NCBI GenBank assembly: GCA_051294905.1
Contig: CM119382.1
Coordinates: forward strand, 1,922,001 to 1,986,000
DNA: 64,000 bases
Reading direction: 5' to 3'
From: Botryllus schlosseri
Lineage: Eukaryota
Shown here: piece by piece, positions 49,386 to 61,700 of the stretch
Layout of the letters: each line of letters starts with the position of its first letter
Position numbering within the stretch: position 1 is the stretch's first letter
Program-made: the position numbers and the translations under genes
Notes under the pieces: model-generated
Databases searched by the model: none
What the model was told of the DNA's origin: nothing
The model's input: the letters and a program-made list of their open reading frames with translations, nothing else

Positions 49386-52300
49386 CTGATTATTTAACCG
49401 TGATTGAGCCTGTGAAAATCAAGACAGGCTTGTATGGTCGTACTAACCTCAATAAATCGGTTGCTATAAGACATGTCCCCGTTCAGTTGAGAACCAAGTT
49501 GGGAGGATCTGGGTAGCGTAGTGTAGGTATATAATAACTATTGACAGTCCTGTTCATTATCAGTATAATGTTTCGCAGTCTTCCTGAACCAGGGAATAAA
49601 ATAATGCTATCCGCGGCACATTAAAACTGGATTGCTATATCCTAAGATCGTGTGTTGGGAGCGATTGGACATTGTACAGGAAGCCGCGATTATCCATAAT
49701 TTTGATTAAAATTTCAAGCTCATATTGATACCATAACGGGCTTCCAACGTGATGAAGCTAAGCAGATTAAGTTGACAAATAAAGCTCCACGTTGTTTGTG
49801 AAAGTTCACAGCTTAAGCGTGCGTCATTGGATTACGATGAAGCAGAATGTTTTTGAGCTCCGTGATCTATACACGTCTTCCCTCGTTTGGACCTTTGTAA
49901 ACTTGCGCTGGTGGAATCGCGGCTCACACCCAACAAATGCGCAGTGCATGGTTTGCAACGTGATGCCACCAACATCTAGAGTTGTGTTTAAAATGAAAAT
50001 GAATTTAAAACACAACCAAGGACCTTGTTTAAAACATGTTTAATATTGTGTGTTTTTTTATTTTCGAGCCATGATCTCAAACCGATGAAAACAACATCTA
50101 ACATTTTCGATATTTAGGTTCACTAGAGTGCACGACACAGAAAGTTTTGAAGGTAGTATACTTGCGTTAAAAACACGATCGCTTTGTACTTTGATTCAAG
50201 ACTGAACTGCGACATTCAGTTGCAAATTCTGGAATTTCGTCTTCGATGTTACCATTGGCATGGTCAGGGTTGCGTACAGTCCAGTTACATGTTAAAACCT
50301 TGCCCTGATATCCGGAATGCTCAATACTTCATTTGTCCTTTATCAGGCTGGATAAGCTCCCCGCCCCCGAGTTAATTGATTTAGTACCTGCCTGATGTTA
50401 CTGTCGATATACATATAGATATAGATATTTACGAAGGCCGCGGATGAAACCATATCGTATAAGCAAAGTATTTCTAGCACAAATCGATCTCACACGTACT
50501 ATACATGGGCTTTCACAGATAGTTTGAAATGATAATACAGGCTTTGAATATTTTTTGTTTAAAGCAATGTTATAAAGATGCAGGCGTGTTTTATAACAAG
50601 CTATGTTGCAGATTTGGACAAATGGAAGAATTGCAGCTTTTCCAAATTAGATTAGAATTAGAATTATAGCTCCACGATTATTTTTCCAAATTAGATTAGA
50701 ATTTGAATTATAACTACACAGTTTTGACAGACTACAATGATAGCTGCACAGTTGTTGTTTTTTGAAGTGGGAATAGAATTAAAATTACTGAATTCGCGAA
50801 AATTTGGATATTAAATCAGGTTCAGTTTGTATCAAATCAGAGTTCATTATCATGAGCGTGAGGATGGAAAATGTATGTAGAACAGGCTTGGCTCGTTCGG
50901 CACTATACAATTCTCCCGTAGCAAGTTAGGCTATAGAATCGAAATTAGAGAATGGAAACACGTCGCATATTAGATTATAATTTTATTACCGCAAATTCTC
51001 TCTAATTAGTGTAATTAGACAACCAGGATTATCAGGTTGCCCAAGTCTTCTTTGTTGTGTCCATTTTTGACCGGTTGCGAATCGCCAGCGATTTCAAATT
51101 GGAGAATGATCATCCGCTGACAATCGAGTCGTTACAGCGATTCTGCCAACGCGAGGTTCATTCAAGTCGAGTCGGGTCCAACTAACTTCCCCTTAAATCA
51201 GATCGCACTGTATCATGTGGTTTACTTCAGTATTTCGAGAGGGTCGATTATAGAAATATATATACAGTGATTGGAATAAAAGACGCATAACTCGAACAGC
51301 GCAGTTTTTGACGATCGGCCATCCCAATCCCAGCAGCGTCTTTCGTTGATATCATCAGTGTAATTCGACGGTACGTCAGCATACGTGTAACCCGCTTGGT
51401 TTACGTGAAATCACATTACCTGATCGCGGCTAATGTAAACGCAGACAGTGACTAACAAGGTTAATTATCTAACATCCGAAGTGCGACACTTGCGGAGATA
51501 ACGCGGACACCGCCATTTTACTTGGCTCCACGCGCGAAACCTACAAGCGAACATCATCGGAACATTTTCATTTCAAATTGAAACTTTGCAATTCTCGCCC
51601 TTCCTCATATGCCAATTAAGCCAACACGCGGAATATTCTGGAGTAGGGGCAACATGGGTGCATAATCCCTGTAAAATGATGGATAAATGCATTACCACGA
51701 CCTTAATGTGCAGAGATGGCAAGTAACGCAGTACTCGCCCTTTTTTGGAGTGCTGAATTAAAGAAATATCGTGTGTTCTCTTTTAGGAAGATTTGTCATC
51801 TTTTTTAATAAAAGTCAGATGTCCTATGAGGACGACCAAATGTCCTCTTTATTCACATGTCATCCACTTTTTTGCTTCAAGGGTAAGGCGAACACTAATA
51901 GACAGCGAACACTAATAAGGTGTCTTCGACACAAACTATACACGTGAAAGACAAGGTTTTATGGAACTGCCCCGAAGGTTGAGCAAATCAGTCACACACT
52001 ATCCGTGGAAACCGGGATTCTCCGTCAATTCCTCTTTTTTTTCAAGGCTGCTACTCAAGAACTCGTAGGCATGAATCAGTTCTGAACTTCATAGTGCGAA
52101 ACGACTCAAGCTTGGTGTATACAGACGTTAACCAAGCTCTGATTTGATATAAACATGAATTTTGTTTTATTTCTTTTTAGTTCGGACTTTCATTTAATTT
52201 CCAAGGTTTTGCAAATTCAGTAATTCAAATTCTAATCTAATTGGGAGCAAATTGAGTAGCCCTAATTCTAATTATATTCTACTTTGGAAAGAACTGTGTA

Positions 52301-53148
52301 GCTTTGATTCTAGTTGTAATCTAATTTGGAAGAAAACTGTGTTGCTATAAGTAGGCTATAATTCTAATTGCGCACACCAGAACAGCGGTATCGCAATTAA
52401 CCCAAAACGACAACAACTATAGAAATGGGCAGCTAGAATTAGAACTACTCACTTTTCATAATCCCCAACTACAACTTCAGCTAGATCTTGAACTACTAAA
52501 AATACTGCCATATAGCTTGTTTACAGTCAACCAACTCGATTGGCAGTTTGTAAAATAAGTGTATATGTATTTTGAATCGATACCGGACAGTTGTTTCCAA
52601 TAATGAGCTATACACCATTGGATATCAATATATAGGCCTACAATACATGCAGACGTATATCAGTTGTGGATTTAGAGTGGACGAATGGAGTTTAAGTCTG
52701 TAATCAAAAGTTTTCCTATTGGTGTGAAAACCCTCTATTAATCTCTGAAATGGAAGAAATACATGAATAAAAAATTGACCCCAAGATAAACTGCATGGTC
52801 TCATCTATGAGTTTCGAAGTTCCGAAAAAATCCACCGAATATCTGTCATCCTATCTGTTGGTTTGACCAGGTCGAGTCTTATCATAATCGATAGGTCGCC
52901 TACCTCGTGTTATCTGTTGTATTCGAGGAAATCATGTCGGCAATATCTTCTTGAAAAAACATTATTACAACGATATACTGCCCGAGGCGGCAACAAAGAT
53001 ACTCGCGTCCCATCGACCGTTGCTCGTAACGCTTCACGTGGACTTTCGAGAAAGAGCGCGATTATTTAGGCGACATTGAAAATATATAATGCTCGCTGCT
53101 CGCTCTATGCTGAAACCGAGACTACATTTACGGCGAATGTGCAGCATT

Positions 53149-54184
53149 AGAGTTGTTCAAAAATAACTTTTTCCGGATTCCGGGGATTCACTGATTAAAA
53201 TGTTACGCTGTCTAAAAAAAACGCGGGACAGCAAATTCCACTCGATTTCAACCGATAAATGTGAACGCACAAGAGTTTGAAAATTTTGAATTTATTATAA
53301 TTTTTTTTTATACTGTCAACGCCATGAAATTGTAAAGTTGTCTACAAAAACGATGCAAAACAAATTTAGCGAAATTCCAACCCGTAAAAGCAGAGATATT
53401 TGAGACTACTTAACAATTTAATGGGGTTGACAGTAAAATTTGAAGAAAAATTTTTTTTTTCTTAGTATATTTGTCGTGACCTTTCGAGAAAAAACCTCTT
53501 GATATACAGCAGGGTTGTAACCAAGTGGCAATGCTCCGAGTCACAAGTCAATCTCAGTTTTATAGTTTTGACTCGAGTCAAGTTGAGTCATTTTCAATTC
53601 ACCACCGAGTCAAGTCCAAGTCACCGAGCAGAGGGTCAAGTCCGAGTCATGGTATTATGACTCGACTCGAGTCAAAGTCATTGTGTTGACTGCCCAGTTT
53701 CCAGTTAAAGCCTTGTTAAATCAACTTTTTGTAACTCTGTTTGGTGATATCGAATGGTTCGCATTTATAATATACTAATTTTCGTCATTTTCAGCAGTTT
53801 CTGGACGCATTTTCAAGTCGAGTCCAAGACGAGTCAATACACAAATTGACTCGAGTCGAGTCGATTCATTTCCGTAATTTGAGAAAATGACTCGAGTCAA
53901 AACGAGTCATCTGAAAAACGTGACTCGAGTCGGACTCGAGTCGAGTCATGACTCGAGTCATTACAACCCTGATATACAGACGGTTTTCTCGGCTTTTATT
54001 GACTAAAAGTGTAGACTAAGCTACAGCGTATATGAGCATTTCAAAATTTTACAAAATTTTCAAACTCCTGTGCGTTCACATCTACCAGGCGGAATCGAGC
54101 CAAATTGTGTGTGCAGCGTTTTTAGGCAACCTAATAATTCAATCATTGAATCCCCGGAGTTCGAAAATAATTTTTGAACAACCG
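53149..54184. mobile_element. Repeat B foldback MITE with nested insertion
   Basis: gttgttcaaaaataac / aataatttttgaacaac with about 150-bp inverted arms. Confidence 0.75.
53510..53971. mobile_element. GACTCGAGTC-array hAT MITE
   Basis: TIR cagggttgtaa / ttacaaccctg, perfect TSD atatacag. Confidence 0.92.
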
Positions 54185-54731
54185 AAGTGATCATGGTGAT
54201 CGGAACGAAGTCGTTCATGAGATATGGGCAGGGTGACTATATACATGTATAGGCTCTATGAAAAAATAAGGACAGCTAAACAAACTCCGAAAGTAATAAA
54301 AAGACTAGAATTAAAAATAAAAGGTCGACACACTGTTCCTCAGTCTCAGTCTCACTGTCACCTATTCACGGCCTTTTCGGTAAACGGATGTCTAAAAATA
54401 GGAAGTTACGGTATCATTACCTGAAAAAAGGATATAATTGCAACAAACAGGTTGAAAATACCGCCAAATCTGACAACTTAGTACGGTAGGGCAATCTACA
54501 GTATATATAGGGCTGGGTATATTCGAGTATATGGGTGATTTGATCCCCAGTCAAATATCAAGCTTCGAGTCATGTGTTTTACATTACGAATGACTTCGAA
54601 AGCATAACTATGTATACCCATTTGCGACCACAAAGATTTTGTGAATATTGGCAGCTTTATGCTAAATATTTTAGATGCTATATGATGCGACCAATTGAGG
54701 ATTTCAAGTCTCCCAGTAATAGTCCCACATT

Positions 54732-55139
54732 CAGGGTTACCATATCTTCAGATCCGACAAAGCGGACACTTTTCAAAAATTCTGAAAGTTCTAGCACGGG
54801 AAAAGTAAAGTGGTGATTTTGAAAAATTTTCGACCAACATTTCTGAAAAAGCCATCATTTTTACTCGACTCGCGAATTACCCTTTTCAGGATACTTTCGT
54901 GGTGTTGACTAAAAAAGAATGAAAATAAATACCCGTCGTGCGTGTGTTTTTCGTTGATTGTCTTGCCAACTCTGGCTTTCGTTGCGTCGGAGTCGAGTTT
55001 TTGATTGCATTTTAATACTTTTTCTAGAAAAAGTGGACACATTCCCAAAAAGAGGGCATTTAGGCGTCCTCCGAGGACACTTTCAATTTATTGAAAACAG
55101 AGGGCAAATCCTCTTAAAAGAGGACATATGCTAACCCTG
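54732..55139. mobile_element. GAGGAC-family hAT MITE
   Basis: cagggttaccatat / atatgctaaccctg; 3' part similar to 44090-44170. No TSD found. Confidence 0.65.
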
Positions 55140-55149
55140 ATTGTGCCAA

Positions 55150-56900
55150 GATAGCGTAGTGGTATAATTCACAGCTGTAATATCAATTGGGTTGAGGGTT
55201 CGAGTCGGGCCGAGGTCGACTCCAGACTTCCTACTTGAGTGTTGGAGGTTTATCTAGCTCAGAGGTCTCAAACACGCGGCCCTCGATACCATTTTGTGCG
55301 GCCCGCGAATGCATTTTGGAATTTCAAGTATTCGATATTATATTCAAGTGTCATATATCTTTTTAGATTTAAGAACTGGAAGTTCACTCTAACACTACTA
55401 CAAAAATCTGAAATCTCAACAAACTTCACTATCACATCACTTCTAAAATCTAGCATGAGGTGGAAGATCGCTATTACGTCACATTTCTAGTTCATCATGA
55501 TAAAACATGACCCGTTGAGTATTCGTGAATGAAAATTGTGATTTTGTTTGGTGCGACCGTTCGTCAAAATACTAGATTTTGGGTGAACTGGGTGATAAAC
55601 TAAAAATGAGTCGAGCTGAGTCGGGTCAAGCGTTGAAATCAGAGAACGACTTGGGTCTCGGAATAGTGACTATAGGTAATCCTACGGACGCAACAATCTA
55701 TGAAACTGTCATGGGGAATAGTAATATATCAAAATGCCGTAGCTTGTGTTGCGTGGGATATATCTAATCAGGTCAATATGGAAACCATTGGCATTCTGTG
55801 GCCCCCTTGACGTATATTTGTTTAAATCCTGAGTACTGTTTGTTCTCTTTATCCATGTTATTATCAGTGGTGACTTGGTGAGTAAGGTAGAGGTACGCTC
55901 CAAAGCTGTATCACCAATGGATTCTTCGGCGGTTGCAGGTTCTTAACCAGGGGTCCGTAGCCCATTCGTGGTAGCACCACATCAGGGGGTACGAGATGCA
56001 TTGTGGAAATAGGCCTATATGCTGTGGAATATTTTCTGGGCCAATTTATTCAACTGGAAATATCATTCGCGCCATACGCGCGATTTTATGCGAATGAGCT
56101 TTCTGATTTTTAAATATAGGTACCATCAGAAATTTTGTTGAAAATGGACACGGGCATGGGAAATCTTATTGAAAGCCCAAAGGGTACGATAGCTAAATAT
56201 GTTAAGAAACAATGCTTTTACTATGGCCCAATAATGATTATATTTAAATTGTTATTAATCTGTTCCAATATTAATCGAATAAAATATAACGCTGGATTAG
56301 TTTGACTTCGGCACTGACAGTAACAATAGCCTGCTTAGGCTACACCGCTCACATGCTCTGATATCAGATCAATCTTTAGTAAATTTTAAAATATTCTACA
56401 TAAAATTTTGGCACGTCAAAGTTCCACTATAAGCTGCAATATTATAACCCGACAGCTCTTACGATGTCATCATGCGTCCTCTCGCATGATATCTAAAATT
56501 ATTTTATTAAAATGTTTGAAAATGTCATTTTTTTCGTATCAAGCGGGAATAGTATAATAGTAAATTACATTGCCGCGATGTTTGTGAAATGGCTGTCTGC
56601 AGGGTGCTGTGAAATAAGGTGTACTTCGATATTATACATTGAATACCCCTATTATTGATGCTGCGGCCCGCGGCGTCATCAGAAATTGGAAATTGGCCCG
56701 CGAGCACATTTGAGTTTGAGACCTCTGATCTAGCTCATCCTCGCCCATCTCATTCGCGTAAGCGGTGCCTTACAAAAAGCCTATAGAAGTGGTCCGTGCT
56801 ACAGGTCGGCAGCTATGGAATAAAATTGAAGAATATCGGTCTGGTGTAAATGACCATAGTGGTCGACAAACACCACGAATTCCACGAACAAATAAACAAT
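55150..56900 (+). mobile_element. tRNA-derived SINE family 1, split by a hAT insertion
   Basis: A box gatagcgtagtggt, B box ggttcgagtc (55197). Body resumes at 56728 and ends in an aaca-rich tail. Confidence 0.8.
55260..56727. mobile_element. Buster/Charlie-type hAT element (1468 bp)
   Basis: TIR cagaggtctcaaac / gtttgagacctctg, perfect TSD atctagct. Confidence 0.92.
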
Positions 56901-58494
56901 GTTAACCCTACTACATTTAAATGGTTGACAAATATTAAACCTCTTTTTCTAACGACAAAAAGCGACGTGGCAGCATATGAAGGGTCTTACTTTTTTAAAG
57001 CAGCATCATTTCCCGCCATGTCAATCTCGGACAGTTACGTTTTTATTTCCATACGCGAATCGTAAATGTTTGGCACGTCATCAAAGAGCCTTTTCAAGCA
57101 CACACGGTTAACTTTGGAAAATAAATTATCGCATAATAGCTCTACCTTCAATTATTTTTCCCGAAATAACACGTGTCCCGACATACTCTGCACTTTACAA
57201 AGGGCCATAATAGAATAGTTTGCGCGTTAATTGCCATTCGTATGGCGCCAAACAAAAGGTCTCGTTAACATGCCGAACGGAATGGAATGATTAATTTATA
57301 TACAGAACAATGCTCATTCTTGTACATCCTGAAATTGTCGTGCCCATGAACAACTATATTTCACTACAAAATGGCGCACAGCCAGCTATATGTGTAACGT
57401 TTCCTGAACAGCCTGGTACTCGTCGAGTGCCACGGTTTAGAATTGGACAACTAGACTTGGATTCTAATTACAATTACTGAATTCGCAAATACTTGGAAAT
57501 TGAATTCAATTACGTATTAGAAAGAGATACAGCAAAAATCAGACACAGTTCATATAAAATCATAACTAATTCTCGCAAACATGAAATTGGGAAATATATG
57601 TAGGATACACCAGGTTTGGCTGGCCTCGCACTATACAGTCGTCCTGCAACAACAACCAGAAATTAGATTATCACTACTAAGAGTTGTGCTGCCAAGGTAG
57701 GTTTTGGGGGTTGAAAATACTCTTATTTCAAGCTCGTATTGATGTTCCCGTGGAAATTCGATCCGATTCCGGTAAAATAAAAGTTTCAGAATTGAAACTA
57801 TTGTTCTGTTTTAGTTATTCAGCAGCGGATGTTTGAAGGTCGTTAGTTATAATTCTGTTCCTAGTTGAGAGTTTTGAAAAATGAGTAGTTCTAGTTCCAG
57901 TTGCGCATTTTGCGCATATGTAGGCCTGCCATGTTGTTACCAAGCTCGGTAAATGCAACGCAAATAACGTAGGAAGAAATAAAATTAGAAAGCTACCAAA
58001 TCAATATTGTTACAGAAGACATTGCTATATTCGTCTTTACTCCGCCTTTACGAATATGAATTATTTGATTGCGATGAGCATCCATCCATGTTACGCAACC
58101 ATGCGTAACGGTCTATGGTCAGTCTGAATTATACGCAAATAACGTATCTAGTACAGACGCCGCAAAACGTGTCCCTGTGAGCGTAAAAACCACTTCTAAT
58201 ATACCAAAGGAGGCAGTGTGCTGGAAATCGAAACTTTTTAATTATACCTTCCAATATCGTCAATAGTCTATCTATCGTAGCATTATAAGATTAAGTGTGA
58301 GATTACGAACGTGGAGGTTGTGCGTAAACTGGATTAGATAACGCAAGCAGTTTATCCTCAAAAAGAAATTATGGTTAACGGTAATATTTCACCATGAATC
58401 ATTACTTTGTTACTGACAGCTTCTGCTTACTAGTGTCCAGATTAAGACTTTCTACTTTATTTCATGTCCAATCATAGCTATCACTCAGTAGCGA

Positions 58495-58760
58495 GATAGC
58501 GTAGTGGTATCATCCACAGCTACAACACGAATGGATTATGTGTGGGTTCGAGTCCAACCGAGATCTACTCCAGAATTCCTACCCGAGTGGTAAAGGTTTA
58601 TTGGCTCCTCCTCGCCATATTATCCGCGTACGGCCGAAAGAGGTGTCTTACAGAAAGCCTAGAAGTGGGTCGTGCTACAAGTCGGCCGTTACGGAATCAA
58701 AAATAAGGAATATCGGCCTGGTGTAAATCATCATTGTAGTCGACAAACATCATGAATAGC
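58495..58760 (+). mobile_element. Near full-length tRNA-derived SINE family 1
   Basis: A box gatagcgtagtggt, B box ggttcgagtcc (58545-58555), body shared with five other copies. Confidence 0.85.
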
Positions 58761-61700
58761 ATAGGTAACAACAACATAGCCATCACTGCAGAGCTATTCA
58801 AATACACGGTCGGACGTTTTGGAAATGGGCCTCAATGTATATGCCATATTTCTTTGAACACCGTCTATATATATACGAGTTATCGGTGAACGTGGTAAAT
58901 GTATAGGTGTTATCGCGTGTTCAGGCCTTGTGTGCCATGAGAATGAATTTCAGTTCAGTGTCTTTGCTTTGGGTATCGAGGACGAGCTTTTCTTGCTCGG
59001 CCCTCCCACTCTTTATTTTATCTCGCTTCCTTACATCCACTCCTGGTCTCTGCGGCCCACCCTTAATCTGGGCTTTACAAGACGCTGCGCTAACAGCGGT
59101 ATCGACGATGAGGAGCCCAGATGAACATCCGACACATAGAAACACGTCAGTGCCGCTGCGCCACACGCTTCCCCGTTTTATCGATGTCGGCTCAAAAATC
59201 ATATATCATTGCTCCTCCGTGTTATTGAAATGAAATTAATAGACGGGTTTGTCGCGTATATTCGCGCACGAATTCAAATTCCAACGCATGATTTTCGCGC
59301 CACCAATCCAATAGCGCCACGTTAAAGATAAATGGCAGCTTTAGAACTTGAAATTATTGTAAAAATCCAGAACGCTTTTTGAGTAGATTTCCAAGAAAAT
59401 GCGCGCGAGAAATGATTTTTCTTGGAAATGACAAGAGTGAGTCTTCGTGTCATTAACTCAATAACGCTGCAGTAGTATCACTAACAAGCAACATCACCTA
59501 ATAAACAGATAATAAACAACCGATGTCACTTCCGTTACATTTACGTCTTCTCGGGTTCAAAACTAATTGAAATTCGGTCGTAAGTATCAAGAGCCAGACG
59601 ATTTCTGAGTGTTTATCGGCGATTAGACGTTATCAACGGTTGTGTATTGGGGCCCACGGCGAAATCAATTTGTTGTGACTAGAGATTGTGATCCGGGGAA
59701 TGCGATATGGAGCAACGCAAAGGAGTAGATTAAATCTAAAATTATTCCGAACGTGACCAAAATTCGTCTGGCGGTCACGATCGTAAATAATCTGTAATTG
59801 ATCCGTAGAAAATGCGAAAATAATGACAGCGGGCGATTAAGTAAAAAGTAATGATATTCCGTTGGACAGACAATACTTAACTCCATTCCTCAAAGTGAAA
59901 GTATGACTAAACCAGCGTAGCCTTTGCCCCGCAAGCATTGCGAAGCGGTCCCATGCAACAGACGCAAAGTTTGATAAAGGATAGGAGCTGCCCTACATTG
60001 GTAGAATGGCAAGGGGGCATACTGATATGCAGGGTGGGGTCGTATGCGACTGTACGTGTACAACATGTCAATTGTGATTATCTTTCACTGTGTCAGGAAT
60101 TCCGTGGTAATGATCCTTCCCTCACAGGCCGACTCGGACAACGAGATACTTCTACTTGTATAATTAGACTAATTAGACCGACATGCCGGCAATCTAATTC
60201 TAATCAAATTTGTTAAATGGTTCCATACTCTAATTTTAAATAAAACCTAATTTCTGGTTTTCCCGAAAATGCTTCAGGAGAACCGTATACTGCAAAACGA
60301 AAAAAACTTATTGTACAATCGTACATACATTTGACATTCCCGTGCTTGTAAGAATGAACTCTGATTTGACACGACCTGAAGTTTATTTTTGTTTCATTTC
60401 TCTCTATTAAGAGTTTCGTGGCAGTACATAACGTCAATTTACAATTAAATAAGGTATTCATATTGAGATGAACCCGAACATTTTCGGCAGACACTCGTCA
60501 TGGGTAATCGTCAGCAGTAGGAAATTGGAAAGAACATTGTATATCAAAATTGTATCACGATATGTGCTGACGATTAGCCCTAACGAGTGTCAGCCGAAAA
60601 TATTCGGGTTCATTTCAATATGATCATACTATTCAAATTCTTTCTATTCCGTAATTTAATACAATTTCCAAGTTTGGCGAATTTGGTAATTTTATTTCAA
60701 TTTATAAATTTGGAAAGGTTGAGCATTTTGTAGTTACTAAACTCTAAATTAGAGAACCAGGTTTGACCATAACTCGATTTTGAATGATGTTTCTAAATGT
60801 AGTCGTAGCAAAGCTGAGTATTGTCAAGTCTATAGTCTAGTTTAAAATCACCAGGCTTCTGATGACAGATCTTGGCGGTTCAGGTTGTAGAAAGAATTTT
60901 GCAGATGAACATTTCGATTATCATGAGACATATTTTACGTTCGAAGAAAGTTTGCCTTTTCCATCATAAACTGTACTGTAGCAAAGGATTTCGAAAATAA
61001 GAAAAGATTTTGAAATCCGTCATATTCGCTCGTTTTCCGATGCTAGTGGATCGTACTCAGCTAACAATCATCCAATATTCTACGACAGGGATGACGAACC
61101 GACGATTCCAAGTCTTTTTGCTTAGTTTCTCAATGCATACTTAAGCAGCCTGGCCTCCTTCAAGATTTACAGATCTCACCTACATTTTCGTTATGCAATA
61201 ATTGTGTTTATGTGGCTTCGATGTAGCTTAGATTGATATGATGAATGGCTAAGTAGTTTCACGATAAATTACCTCCGCAGACGATAAGAACTAATCCTCA
61301 TTTCATATAGCATATTGGCATTACACGTGGCTCTTCAAGAATTCTCTATATATAGATTTGAAACTTGGTAATTATTACGATCGCCTAAATCTGACATGGA
61401 ATTTTACTCCATTGTAAGTTTGATGTGAACGCGGACGAAACAACAGATCTTAGTTGCGATATGGGCTTACAACTTACCCAGATTATGTATCCGCCATTTT
61501 GGAGGAAAGGTATGGAATGATAAGAAGGTATATTACTTGACAAGTTCTACGGCTCATGAGTGGCATGGACGAAAAGTCAGTGCACTATTGGTGGGCAGAG
61601 TTTTTTCCGAGATCATATCAGAATTAGATTTACTGAATTTGCAAAAACTTGGAAATTGAAATTGAAATATATTGCAAATTAGAAGGATATACGGCAACAT

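Noticed and set aside
55150-58560. tRNA genes at the gatagcgtagtggt heads (also 11947, 63867)
   Set aside because: No complete cloverleaf, and each is fused to a shared repeat body, so these are SINE heads.
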